A stretch of 48,419 nt of DNA from an uncultured Aeromicrobium sp. (GTDB taxonomy: Bacteria; Actinomycetota; Actinomycetes; Propionibacteriales; Nocardioidaceae): contig CAYRZN010000001.1 in the NCBI GenBank assembly GCA_964428825.1, forward strand, positions 1 through 48,419. The letters are read 5' to 3'. Shown here piece by piece: positions 1 to 9,042 of this stretch (positions are counted from its first letter, which is position 1; each line of letters opens with the position of its first letter). Position numbers and translations under genes: made by a program. The notes beneath the pieces are model-generated. The model searched no databases and had not been told where the DNA came from. It worked only from the letters and a program-made list of their open reading frames with translations.

Positions 1-1
1 G

Positions 2-556
2 TTCAACGAGTTCCTCGGCGTGCCGCTGCCGTACGGGGTCAAGCGCACCTTCAACGACGAGGGCTACGCGATCACCAACTCGGGCACCTTCGAGGGCATG
101 CTGATCCACGCCGACGTCGTGCGCACGATCGGCCTCCCGGACCCGCGCTTCTTCATCACGTGGGACGACGCCGCGTACGCCTGGCTCGCCGCGCAGCACA
201 CCGACGTCGTCTACGTCGACGCCTACGTGCTGCGTCGCAAGCGCGAGCAGCGCCAGGTCAACCTGGGGCTGCGTCACCTCAACGACGGAAGCCCGCTCTT
301 CCGGTTCCACGTCATGCGCAACCGGGCCTACGTCGGGAAGTACTTCGCCCTCCACGGCAAGCTCAACCGTCTCGGCTTCGGCCTGGGCACCGCGCTCACG
401 TTCGCCAAGGAGGTCTTCCGACTGGTCGTCGTGCAGCGCACGCTGCGCGGCCTGGGCGACCTCGTCCGCGGGTTCCGCGAGAGCCGGCGCCTCTGGCACG
501 ACGACACCTGGCGCCCCATGGATCCCGCCGAGGTACCGCCCGCCCTACCCCACTGA
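2..556 (+). CDS. Glycosyltransferase family 2 (C-terminal part; 5' end outside window)
   Basis: Frame is open from position 2. GT2-type motif 'FEGMLIHADVVRTIGLPDPRFFITWDD' and 'RNR' C-terminal motif. Confidence 0.8.
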   Translation, partial: FNEFLGVPLPYGVKRTFNDEGYAITNSGTFEGMLIHADVVRTIGLPDPRFFITWDDAAYAWLAAQHTDVVYVDAYVLRRKREQRQVNLGLRHLNDGSPLFRFHVMRNRAYVGKYFALHGKLNRLGFGLGTALTFAKEVFRLVVVQRTLRGLGDLVRGFRESRRLWHDDTWRPMDPAEVPPALPH

Positions 557-566
557 GCGGTGAGCC

Positions 567-1256
567 CTAGTCCTCGTGGAGCCAGCGGCGAGCGAGGTCG
601 AGGTCGGCCGGCCGGGTGATCTTGAGGTTGCGCTCGTCGCCGAGGACGACCGCGACCCGCGCACCCGGGACGTGGGCCAGGACGACTCCGCAGTCGTCGG
701 TGGGCTCCCCCGGCTCGAGCGCCGCGGCCGCGTGCGCGCGCCGCAGCACGCCGGCACGGAAACCCTGCGGCGTCTGGACCCGGCGGACCGTCGTGCGGTC
801 GACCCCGCGCAGGACCGTGCCGTCGGCGTCGACCTCGACGAGCGTGTCGACCGACTCGACCGCCGGTGTCACGGCGTCGTGGTCGACGAGCCCGGCGAGG
901 CACGCGTCGACCACCGCGGTGGTGACGAGCGGCCGGGCCGCGTCGTGCACCAGCACGACGTCGTCGTCGGCGAGCTCAGGGATCGCGGCCAGTCCGAGAC
1001 GCGTGCTCTCGGCGCGGGTGAGACCACCGGAGACGACCGTGACGACCTTCGGCTCGGCCACCGCCACGCGGTGTGCCTCGCGCGCCGACTCGGCGTGGGT
1101 CACGAGCACGATCCAGTCGACCTCCGGGTGCTGCGCGAGCCGCCGGACGGCGTGCGCCAGCACGGTGCTGCCGTCAAGGTCGAGGAGCTGCTTGGGGGTC
1201 CCTGCACCGAAGCGGGTGCCGGTGCCACCGGCAAGGACCAACGCGTGGACGGTCAC
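567..1256 (-). CDS. ispD: IspD/TarI family cytidylyltransferase
   Basis: LAGGTGTRFG...PKQ, VHDAARP, VQTPQGF, TDD and NLKIT motifs. GTG start at 1256 overlaps the upstream TGA (GTGA). Could be a TarI-type paralog. Confidence 0.85.
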   Translation of the reverse strand: MTVHALVLAGGTGTRFGAGTPKQLLDLDGSTVLAHAVRRLAQHPEVDWIVLVTHAESAREAHRVAVAEPKVVTVVSGGLTRAESTRLGLAAIPELADDDVVLVHDAARPLVTTAVVDACLAGLVDHDAVTPAVESVDTLVEVDADGTVLRGVDRTTVRRVQTPQGFRAGVLRRAHAAAALEPGEPTDDCGVVLAHVPGARVAVVLGDERNLKITRPADLDLARRWLHED

Positions 1257-2101
1257 GACGACGGGGACCCGGGTCGGATCATCGGCTCCTCGCCGCGGGC
1301 ACGCTCCGAGGCCTTCCACGCCCGGAAGCCCTCCTCGGTCTCTCCCCGTCGCCAGTAGGCCGAGACCGACACGTCGCGGCGTTCGACCGCTCGTTCCTTG
1401 ACGAGGTAGGGACGCACGGTCTTGAGCAGACCGGACTCGCCGTGCACGAAGACCTGCACCCGCCCCTCGGGCCAGGGCCAGGCACGGACGGCCTCGTCGA
1501 GGAGGTTCGTGGTGCCAGCCCCCGCCGGGGCGCGGTGCAGCCAGAAGACCTCGGCGTCGCCGGCGGTGACGACGGCCTGCTCGTCGGCGGGTCCGTCGAC
1601 CTCGACGAACGCGGTGGCCCGCTGGCCGGGTTCGAGGGCCTCGAGGCTCGCGAGGATCGCCGGGAGCGCCGCCTCGTCACCCACCAGCAGCTGGTGATCG
1701 GCCTCGGGATCGGGTCGGTAGGCGCCCCCAGGTCCGCGGAAGTGGACCGTCTCGCCCACGTGGGCCCGGGCGGCCCACGGGCCCGCGAGCCCCTCGTCGC
1801 CGTGCACGACGAAGTCGACCCACATCTCGCCGGCCTCGGCGTCGAGCCGGCGCACGGTGTAGGTGCGCAGCACCGGCCAGTGCTCGGCCGGCATCGTCGC
1901 GCGGACCTGCTCCAGGTCGAGGCGTTCCGGGTAGTCGACTCCCGGGGCGAGGAAGGCGATCTTGACGTAGGCGTCGGTGTGTCCCTTCCACCCGGCGACG
2001 ACGTCGTCGAGCTCGGGCCCGCCGAGCACCAGGCGGCGCATCGAGGGACCCAGATCCTCGGCCCGCAGGACCGACAGACGGGTCAGGTAGGTGCTCGACA
2101 C
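1253..2101 (-). CDS. Siderophore-interacting protein (FAD-binding, ViuB/SIP family)
   Basis: HTDAYVK, RTYTVR, DFVVHG, GDEAALPAI, HGE and SAYWR motifs. Confidence 0.92.
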   Translation of the reverse strand: MSSTYLTRLSVLRAEDLGPSMRRLVLGGPELDDVVAGWKGHTDAYVKIAFLAPGVDYPERLDLEQVRATMPAEHWPVLRTYTVRRLDAEAGEMWVDFVVHGDEGLAGPWAARAHVGETVHFRGPGGAYRPDPEADHQLLVGDEAALPAILASLEALEPGQRATAFVEVDGPADEQAVVTAGDAEVFWLHRAPAGAGTTNLLDEAVRAWPWPEGRVQVFVHGESGLLKTVRPYLVKERAVERRDVSVSAYWRRGETEEGFRAWKASERARGEEPMIRPGSPSS

Positions 2102-2118
2102 GCCTGTAGCCTAACGAG
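2102..2118. promoter_or_regulatory. Overlapping divergent -10 hexamers for two leaderless genes
   Basis: TAGCCT (2107-2112, +) lies 6 nt before GTG 2119. TAGGCT (2113-2108, -) lies 6 nt before GTG 2101. Confidence 0.65.
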
Positions 2119-4074
2119 GTGACTCAGGGCATCGACATCGCGCAGCTGGACCACGAGATCCGCGTCCAGGACGACCTCTTCCGCCACGTGAACGGCCGAT
2201 GGTTGCGCGAGGCGCCCATCGCGCCCGACCGCGCCACGGCGGGCTCGTTCGTGACGCTGGTCGACGAGGCCGAGGCCAAGGTCCGGCAGATCATCGAGGC
2301 CGCTGCGGCCGCCGACGCCCCGGTGGGCACCGACGAGCGCAAGATCGGCGACCTGTTCGCGTCGTTCATGGACACCGAACGGATCGAGGCGCTCGGCGTC
2401 GCGCCGTTGCAGCCCGACCTGGCCCGCATCGACGAGCTGACCGACTACGCGGGATTCGCCCGGCTCCTGGGCGATCTCGAGCGCACCGGGACGCACGGCT
2501 TGATCGGCATCTACATCGGTCCCGACCGTGGCCGTCCCGACCGCTACGTCACCCACGCGTTCCAGGGCGGCACGGGGCTGCCCGACGAGTCGTACTACCG
2601 CGAGGACGACTTCGCCGAGATCCGCACCGCGTACGTCGGCCACGTCGCGCGCATGCTCGCCCTCGCGGGCCTGGACGACGCACCCGCCCGGGCCGAGCGG
2701 GTGCTCGACCTCGAGACCCGCTTGGCCGCGCACCACTGGGACCGCGTCGCGTGCCGTGACGCCCAGAAGACGTACAACCTGCTGCCGTTCGAGCAGCTGC
2801 AGGCGCTCGTGCCGTCGTTCGACCTCGCCGCCTGGTCGGCAGCGGGCCAGATCCCCGAGCCGGTCCTGGCCGAAGTCGTCATGGCCCAGCCCTCGTTCCT
2901 CGAGGGCCTCGAGACGCTCCTGACGCCCGAGCTCCTGCCCGCCTGGCTCGACTGGCTGCGCTGGAACGTCGTGCACGCGGCCGCCGCCTACCTGTCGTCG
3001 GACCTCGTCGACGAGAACTTCGACTTCTACGGCCGCACGCTGTCCGGCACCGACGAGCTGCGTCCTCGCTGGAAGCGCGGCGTCTCGTTCGTCGAGGGGG
3101 CGATGGGCGAGGCCGTCGGCCGCATCTACGTCCGCACCGAGTACCCCGCCGCGGCCCGCGAGCGGATGGACGAGCTGATCGCGAACCTGATCGAGGCCTA
3201 CCGTCAGTCGATCACCGAGCTGCCGTGGATGAGCGACGAGACCAAGGCCCGCGCCCACGAGAAGCTCGCGGCGTTCACGCCGAAGATCGGGCACCCCGAG
3301 CAGTTCAAGGACTACTCGGCCCTCGAGACGGACCCGACCGACCTGCTCGGCAACGCCCGTCGCTCGATGGCCGTCGAGACGGCCCGGGAGCTGGCCAAGA
3401 TCGGGGCGCCGATCGATCGCGACGAGTGGTACATGACGCCGCAGACCGTCAACGCGTACTACAACCCCACGATGAACGAGATCGTCTTCCCGGCCGCGAT
3501 CCTGCAGCCGCCGTTCTTCCACGCTGACGCCGACGACGCCGTCAACTACGGCGCGATCGGCGCGGTGATCGGCCACGAGATCGGCCACGGCTTCGACGAC
3601 CAGGGCTCGCAGTACGACGGCACCGGGGCCTTGAGCAACTGGTGGACCGACGCCGATCGCACAGCCTTCGAGAAGCTGACGGCGGCCCTCGTCGCCCAGT
3701 ACGACGACCTCTCGCCCGAGGGCGCCGACGGCCAGAAGGTCAACGGTGCGCTGACGATCGGCGAGAACATCGGCGACCTGGGCGGACTCAGCATCGCGTA
3801 CCGCGCGTTCCGCCTGACCGATCCGGGCGACGAGCACGTCGACGGGCTCACCCCGGACCAGCGATTCTTCATCTCGTGGGCGCAGGCCTGGCAGTCGAAG
3901 GTGCGCCCCGCCGAGACCGTCCGCCGGCTCACGGTCGATCCGCACTCGCCGCCGGAGTTCCGGTGCAACCAGGTCGTTCGCAACATCGACGCGTTCTACG
4001 CGGCCTTCGACGTGACCGCGGACGACCAGCTCTGGCTCGATCCCGCGGATCGTGTGACCGTCTGGTCGTCGTGA
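2119..4074 (+). CDS. pepO: M13 family zinc metallopeptidase (PepO/Zmp1-like)
   Basis: VNAYY, HEIGH zinc motif, GENIGD and DPHSP motifs. Confidence 0.95.
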   Translation: MTQGIDIAQLDHEIRVQDDLFRHVNGRWLREAPIAPDRATAGSFVTLVDEAEAKVRQIIEAAAAADAPVGTDERKIGDLFASFMDTERIEALGVAPLQPDLARIDELTDYAGFARLLGDLERTGTHGLIGIYIGPDRGRPDRYVTHAFQGGTGLPDESYYREDDFAEIRTAYVGHVARMLALAGLDDAPARAERVLDLETRLAAHHWDRVACRDAQKTYNLLPFEQLQALVPSFDLAAWSAAGQIPEPVLAEVVMAQPSFLEGLETLLTPELLPAWLDWLRWNVVHAAAAYLSSDLVDENFDFYGRTLSGTDELRPRWKRGVSFVEGAMGEAVGRIYVRTEYPAAARERMDELIANLIEAYRQSITELPWMSDETKARAHEKLAAFTPKIGHPEQFKDYSALETDPTDLLGNARRSMAVETARELAKIGAPIDRDEWYMTPQTVNAYYNPTMNEIVFPAAILQPPFFHADADDAVNYGAIGAVIGHEIGHGFDDQGSQYDGTGALSNWWTDADRTAFEKLTAALVAQYDDLSPEGADGQKVNGALTIGENIGDLGGLSIAYRAFRLTDPGDEHVDGLTPDQRFFISWAQAWQSKVRPAETVRRLTVDPHSPPEFRCNQVVRNIDAFYAAFDVTADDQLWLDPADRVTVWSS

Positions 4075-5273
4075 CCTATCCGCAGGGACGCCTCGTCGGG
4101 TCCCTCGCGGCGGTCCAGGTGGTGGGCGGCGTCGGCAACGGCGCCGGGCTGGCGATCGGAGCGCTCCTGGTCAAGGACGTCAGCGGCTCCTCGGGCTGGG
4201 CCGGTACCGCGACGGTCATGCTGACGATCGGGGCCGCGTTCACGACCATCCCGCTGGCGCGCTGGGCCGTCCGGTCGGGCCGACGCCCTGCGCTCACCAC
4301 CGGATGGCTGATCGGCGCCGCCGGCGCTTCGGTGTCGATCGTGGGGGCCGACCGCGACTCGCTCGTGCTCGTGCTGCTCGGTCTCGTGCTGTTCGGGGCC
4401 AGCACCGCGTCGAACCTCCAGTCCCGGTTCGCCGCCACCGACCGCGCCGAGCCGCGAGCGGTCGCGCGTTCCCTCTCGATCGTGGTCTGGGCCACGACGG
4501 TCGGCGCCGTCGCCGGACCGAACCTCACACGGCCTGGCGCCCGCGTGGCCGGGGCGCTCGGCATCCCTGACCTCGCCGGTCCGCTGGTGTTCTCGGCCGT
4601 GGCCTTCACCGTGGCCGGACTCATGACCTTCGCCCTGGTGCGCCCGGACCCCCTCGCCCCCGACGCCAGCCTGCCGCGGCCCGCCCGCGTCTCGCCCTGG
4701 CCGCACCTGCGCGGACGGGCCCTGACGGCCGTCGTGGCGATCGCCGCGTCGCACGCCGTCATGGTCTCGGTCATGTCGTTGACCCCGGTGCACATGGAGG
4801 ACCACGGCTCCGACCTCGAGATGATCGGACTGACGATCAGCCTCCACATCGCCGGGATGTTCGCCCTGTCGCCGTTGTTCGGCTGGCTGGCCGACGTGAT
4901 CGGGCCCCCCGTCCTGGTCGTGGCCGGTCAGGTCGTGCTCGTGGTCTCCACCGTGGTCTCCGGCACCGCCGGGCACTCCGAGCCCCGGATCATGGTCGGG
5001 CTCGTGCTCCTCGGGGTGGGCTGGTCGATGTCGGTCATCGCCGCGGCCGCGATGCTCACCACGGCCGTGAGCCGAGAGGCGCGACCCGCCGTGCAGGGCG
5101 TCGCCGACCTGGCCATGAACGTCGCCGGGGCGACCGGCGGACTGCTGGCCGGGCTCGTCATGGCGTGGCGGGACTTCGGCACGCTCAACGCCGCGGCTGC
5201 GGTGCTGACGATCCCCGTGATCGGTCTGGTCGTGGCCGGCAGCCGCGCCGCGGCCGACGTGGTCCGCGACTGA
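4071..5273 (+). CDS. MFS transporter
   Basis: About 12 hydrophobic segments and a 'RSGRRPAL' loop motif. GTG 4071 overlaps the peptidase stop (GTGA). Confidence 0.88.
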   Translation: MTYPQGRLVGSLAAVQVVGGVGNGAGLAIGALLVKDVSGSSGWAGTATVMLTIGAAFTTIPLARWAVRSGRRPALTTGWLIGAAGASVSIVGADRDSLVLVLLGLVLFGASTASNLQSRFAATDRAEPRAVARSLSIVVWATTVGAVAGPNLTRPGARVAGALGIPDLAGPLVFSAVAFTVAGLMTFALVRPDPLAPDASLPRPARVSPWPHLRGRALTAVVAIAASHAVMVSVMSLTPVHMEDHGSDLEMIGLTISLHIAGMFALSPLFGWLADVIGPPVLVVAGQVVLVVSTVVSGTAGHSEPRIMVGLVLLGVGWSMSVIAAAAMLTTAVSREARPAVQGVADLAMNVAGATGGLLAGLVMAWRDFGTLNAAAAVLTIPVIGLVVAGSRAAADVVRD

Positions 5274-5274
5274 G

Positions 5275-6471
5275 TCAGTCGGCGTCGGCCGGCTCGGGCT
5301 CGCGGTCCGCGCGACGCGTGCCCTGGCGCGCCGTCTTGGCGGCGGCCTTGCGCGCCGCCTTCTCCGCGTTCACCTCGGCCTTGCGCTCCCGGCGCTGCGT
5401 GCGTCGGGCGCGCACCGAGTCCCAGGCCTCGACGAACGGGTCGCTCAGCCTGAACCACACGGCCTCGACACGGCGACGCAGCGGCTCGGTGACCTCCGCG
5501 AGCCAGTCGACACGCTCCTCCAGCAGGTCGTCGGGGAACACCACCAGCGTGACGGCGATGATCGCCAGGGCGGCCGGGACGGCACCGAACACGATCGCGA
5601 AGAACACGTTCGCCACGATCGCCACCGTGACCGCGACGATGCGCGAGACGCGGGTCAGCATCAGCGGCGCGAAGAACAGCTGGGTCAGCAGCACCACGTA
5701 GGTCAGGAAGGCCAGGAACACCGGACTGGCCGACACGAGGTCCGACAGCCCGCCGAACGGCCGGAACTCCGGCAGCTGGGTCGTGTAGTAGAGCGCCTCC
5801 CCCGAGCGCCAGGCCTCGCGGGCGACCTTGTCGAGGCCGGCCGTGACGTACAGCAGCACGGTCTGGACGCCGAGACCCAGCAGCCCGATGTTGTGCAGGC
5901 TGACGCCCAGCCAGGGTGGCAGCGCCTCGTCGGAGTCGAAACCGCGCTGGTCGGCCTCCAGGCCCTCCTGACGCAGGGCCCGCTGGCGGGCGTCGACCGA
6001 GCAGCGGTCCCCGGAGCTCGTGAGCACGAGCCACAGCAGGGCCAGTCGCACGGCGTTGTCGCTCGCGCTGCCGACCATGGGGTTCTGGCCGACCACGGCG
6101 ATGAAGCCGACCAGGGTCACGACGTTGGCGGCACGGGTGTACCACCCCGCCGTGAGCGCCAGGGCGGCCACCGTCGTGACGAGGTACACGACCGTGACGA
6201 CGGTGTCGGTGGCGTTGCGGACGAGCCACAGCTCCGGGAAGTCGACCGCGTCACGGGCGGGCTCGGCCCACACGGATGCGTTGCCGACCCACAGCGTGCG
6301 GTCGGAGAAGTTGACCACCAGCGTCAGCACGACGCTGAGGCCAAGCAGGATGCGGCACAGGCCCAGGGCGACCAACGCGTGCCGACCACCGAAGAGCCAC
6401 CGCTCGGCCGCCTCCCGGGCGCGGATCACGGCGTCGACGAACACCCACCAGGTGTCACGCACCGTCGTCAC
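5275..6471 (-). CDS. HTTM-domain membrane protein (SdpB-like), copy 1
   Basis: Multi-TM protein with 'AGWYTR', 'CSVDAR', 'LHN', 'YVTAGLDK...WRSG' motifs and a basic C-terminal tail. Start overlaps the upstream gene end (6471 or 6462). Confidence 0.8.
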   Translation of the reverse strand: MTTVRDTWWVFVDAVIRAREAAERWLFGGRHALVALGLCRILLGLSVVLTLVVNFSDRTLWVGNASVWAEPARDAVDFPELWLVRNATDTVVTVVYLVTTVAALALTAGWYTRAANVVTLVGFIAVVGQNPMVGSASDNAVRLALLWLVLTSSGDRCSVDARQRALRQEGLEADQRGFDSDEALPPWLGVSLHNIGLLGLGVQTVLLYVTAGLDKVAREAWRSGEALYYTTQLPEFRPFGGLSDLVSASPVFLAFLTYVVLLTQLFFAPLMLTRVSRIVAVTVAIVANVFFAIVFGAVPAALAIIAVTLVVFPDDLLEERVDWLAEVTEPLRRRVEAVWFRLSDPFVEAWDSVRARRTQRRERKAEVNAEKAARKAAAKTARQGTRRADREPEPADAD

Positions 6472-7204
6472 CCCCCACGTAGTCGTCGAAGGCCCGCTGG
6501 GCCTGCTCGTTGCCGGCGATCGCGTCGCGCCACCCCAGGGTGACCCAGACGAACGGTTCCTCGTCGACCGTCGCGTCGCCTCGGTCATCGTAGGGGGGAA
6601 CGCGCCGCAGGCCGACTCGGATCTGCACCTGCTCGACGGTGCCGTCGGTCAGGGCCGTGCTGTAGAGCGTGCCGAACTGGGTCGCCATGGCCCAGTTCGC
6701 GAAGAAGACCTGCGCCTGGAACGGTGACGCGCCCTCGGCCTCGATCGCGACCTGGCGCGACGCCCGCTCCTCCTCCACGAGGTCCTGCTCGACCAGGGGT
6801 CGAGCCTCGTCGGGGAACGAGGTGATCGCGACGTTCAGGTTGGTCGCCAACGATCGTGCGGCACGGTCGATGCGGGGCCGCAGGAGACCCCCGTCCTCCA
6901 GGTCGGCGGTCACGTCGGCCCAGGGGGTCTCGACGGTCTCGCCGTCCGGGGTCAGGACGCGGGCGCGCACCAGCAGGGCCTCGTCGGCCCGCTGCAGCCC
7001 CGGGTCGACCGTGGTCGGGGACTGGCGGAAGTACGGGTTGACGTAGGACGCGAGGGCATTGTCGCCGACGGTCTCCCGGATCGGGCTCGACGGGCTGAGC
7101 CACAGACCGACCACGGCCGAGTGCGCGATGACGACGACGGCGATCGTGAGCATGATCCCGCTCTGCCACCGGGTCACGTGAACCTCGGGTGCGTCAGCGG
7201 GCAT
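6455..7204 (-). CDS. DUF5819/SdpA-like protein, copy 1 (divergent)
   Basis: N-terminal TM 'IAHS...LWLSPSSP', then 'YVNPYFRQ', 'W.DVT', 'QVQIR...VPPYDDR', 'GWR'. TAGGAT -10 lies 7 nt upstream of ATG 7204. Confidence 0.75.
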   Translation of the reverse strand: MPADAPEVHVTRWQSGIMLTIAVVVIAHSAVVGLWLSPSSPIRETVGDNALASYVNPYFRQSPTTVDPGLQRADEALLVRARVLTPDGETVETPWADVTADLEDGGLLRPRIDRAARSLATNLNVAITSFPDEARPLVEQDLVEEERASRQVAIEAEGASPFQAQVFFANWAMATQFGTLYSTALTDGTVEQVQIRVGLRRVPPYDDRGDATVDEEPFVWVTLGWRDAIAGNEQAQRAFDDYVGGDDGA

Positions 7205-7243
7205 GGGCTCCATCCTAGGTCGAGTTCCGGCCATGGCCGGACA

Positions 7244-7283
7244 TGACCGATGCCGGTGACCCGAAGGTCACCGGCATCGGTCA
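7244..7283 (-). terminator. Strong hairpin downstream of the surface protein gene
   Basis: 18-bp perfect stem TGACCGATGCCGGTGACC with a C(UUCG)G tetraloop on the minus strand, 14 nt after the stop. Confidence 0.8.
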
Positions 7284-7297
7284 GGCAGTGCGGTCGA

Positions 7298-8869
7298 TCA
7301 GGCGAGCAGGGCCGACTCGCGGCGCTTCTCGTTGATCATCGCAGCGGCACCCAGGGCCACCAGGAGCAGACCCAGCAGCCAGAAGGGCCACAGGTTCGAC
7401 GCACCGGTGCTGGGCAGGGTGTCGACCGACTTGTCGGCCAGACCGCCGTTGCCGTTGAGGTTGGCGTTCGCCGGGGCGTTCGCGTTGGCCGGAGCGTTCG
7501 CGTTGGCCGGCGCGTTGGCGTTCGCCGGAGCGTTCGCGTTCGTCTGGTCGTCGAACGTGTTGGTCGAGTTCGGACCGACCAGCGAGTTGCCCAGGTTGAT
7601 CGACAGCGCCTCCTCGCCCGCATCACCCAGCAGGGCGACACGGATCGCGGTGGTCGAGAAGATGCCGTCGGTCGACGTCAGGCCGAGCTGCGGGAGCAGA
7701 CGGTCCTCGATCAGGCCGAGGTAGCTGCCCGGGTTGGACTCCTGCACGTTGACGCGGATGTCGACCAGCGGCTGCAGCGCGGTGAAGAGCTGCTCGATCG
7801 GATCGGACAGGCTGTCGGCCAGCGTGGTGAGCAGCGGGTTGATGGCCGTGTTGATGATCTCCTGGACGAGCGGACCGGCGATGCCGGCGAGCACGTCGCC
7901 GAGCGGGAGGCCGGCGATCGTGAGAGCGCCCAGCGACGGGACCACGTCGTCGGCAAGGCTGCTGGCGAGGCCGGGCAGCTGACCCAGGACACCGTTGATG
8001 ATCAGCGGCAGGACCTGCGTGTTGGCCGGCTGGTCGTTGAGCGCCTTGCCGGTCGTCGCGACCAGCAGGTCGTCGATGTCGACCGTGATGGTGCCGTCGG
8101 TCAGGTCGATGACCAGGCCCTCACCCGTGAGGGTGGTCAGCGAGGCGAGCACCTGGTCGAGACCCGTGACCAGACCGAAGCCGCCGAGCGTGGTGACCAG
8201 GCCGGTGACCGGGTCGAGGAGCGTCGCGAGGACGGGCAGCGAGATCTCGAGCGAACCGCCGGCGACCTCGTACTCGTGCAGCGCCTGGCCGTCGACGATC
8301 GAGGTCTGCGAGCCGAGGGCACCCAGGTCGAGCGTGACGTTGGCCAGGGCCTCCAGGCCCGCGAGCGGAGCGCCCGGACCGGTCAGCGACAGCTCGGCGT
8401 GGCCGAACCCGTCGGGGTCGACGGTGTCGAGGTCGACGAGGCCGTCGTTGGTGACCGCACCGGAGGCGGCGATCGAGTCGGCCTGGTCGGCGAGCGCGAA
8501 GGAGCCCACGGCGCCCGTGCTCAGCGAACCGAGGAGGTCACCCACGGGGCCGGTGAGCTGGCCCAGGAAGTCGAGCGGCGACTCGGTGTAGACCGGGCCG
8601 ACGGTCTCGGGGGTGCCGGCGGCGGTGTCGACACGAGCGATCGCGCCAGCGCCCTCGGTGTCGGCGCCGAAGCCGCCACCCTCGAGGAAGTCGCCGAGCG
8701 GATCGACGAGATCCGCACCGAGGAGCGCCCCACCGGCAGCGACGTACTGCGCCTCCGCGTAGGACTTGTAGTCAGTGACGATGGCGGCGCCTGCGTTCAG
8801 GCTGGCCACGGAGGTGACGAGCAGCGTCGCGACGCCGGCTCCAATCACCTTCTTGCCGATGTGCTTCAT
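7298..8869 (-). CDS. Secreted, sortase-anchored surface protein, choice-of-anchor G type
   Basis: Sec signal peptide MKHIGKKVIGAGVATLLVTSVASLNAGA. Motifs GAVGSFA..AASGAV, LNDQPANTQVL, VNVQ, INLGNSLVGPN. C-terminal LPSTG + TM + KRR. GAGGAG RBS upstream of ATG 8869. Confidence 0.8.
   Translation of the reverse strand: MKHIGKKVIGAGVATLLVTSVASLNAGAAIVTDYKSYAEAQYVAAGGALLGADLVDPLGDFLEGGGFGADTEGAGAIARVDTAAGTPETVGPVYTESPLDFLGQLTGPVGDLLGSLSTGAVGSFALADQADSIAASGAVTNDGLVDLDTVDPDGFGHAELSLTGPGAPLAGLEALANVTLDLGALGSQTSIVDGQALHEYEVAGGSLEISLPVLATLLDPVTGLVTTLGGFGLVTGLDQVLASLTTLTGEGLVIDLTDGTITVDIDDLLVATTGKALNDQPANTQVLPLIINGVLGQLPGLASSLADDVVPSLGALTIAGLPLGDVLAGIAGPLVQEIINTAINPLLTTLADSLSDPIEQLFTALQPLVDIRVNVQESNPGSYLGLIEDRLLPQLGLTSTDGIFSTTAIRVALLGDAGEEALSINLGNSLVGPNSTNTFDDQTNANAPANANAPANANAPANANAPANANLNGNGGLADKSVDTLPSTGASNLWPFWLLGLLLVALGAAAMINEKRRESALLA
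7460..7540 (-). repeat. 18-bp imperfect tandem repeat encoding (NANAPA)x4-NAN stalk
   Basis: Visible in both DNA and translation, just before the LPSTG signal. Confidence 0.9.
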
Positions 8870-8973
8870 TCGGGAGTGCTCCTCGTAGTCCATACGTTCG
8901 GGTGGGGCGCAGGGTTGTTCCCCGCCCGGGCGACAGGCAGGACGATCCGCAAGGACTGCCCTGTCCGGTCGAC

Positions 8974-8979
8974 AGTTTA
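8974..8979 (-). promoter_or_regulatory. Putative -10 element (TAAACT) of the surface protein gene
   Basis: TGTGGTTAAACT on the minus strand about 105 nt upstream of the ATG, in an AT-richer patch. Confidence 0.5.
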
Positions 8980-9042
8980 ACCACATTCTCAGGAACCCTG
9001 ACCACCCCTCCGGAACCGCTCGGCATGGCATGGGTCACAGGG

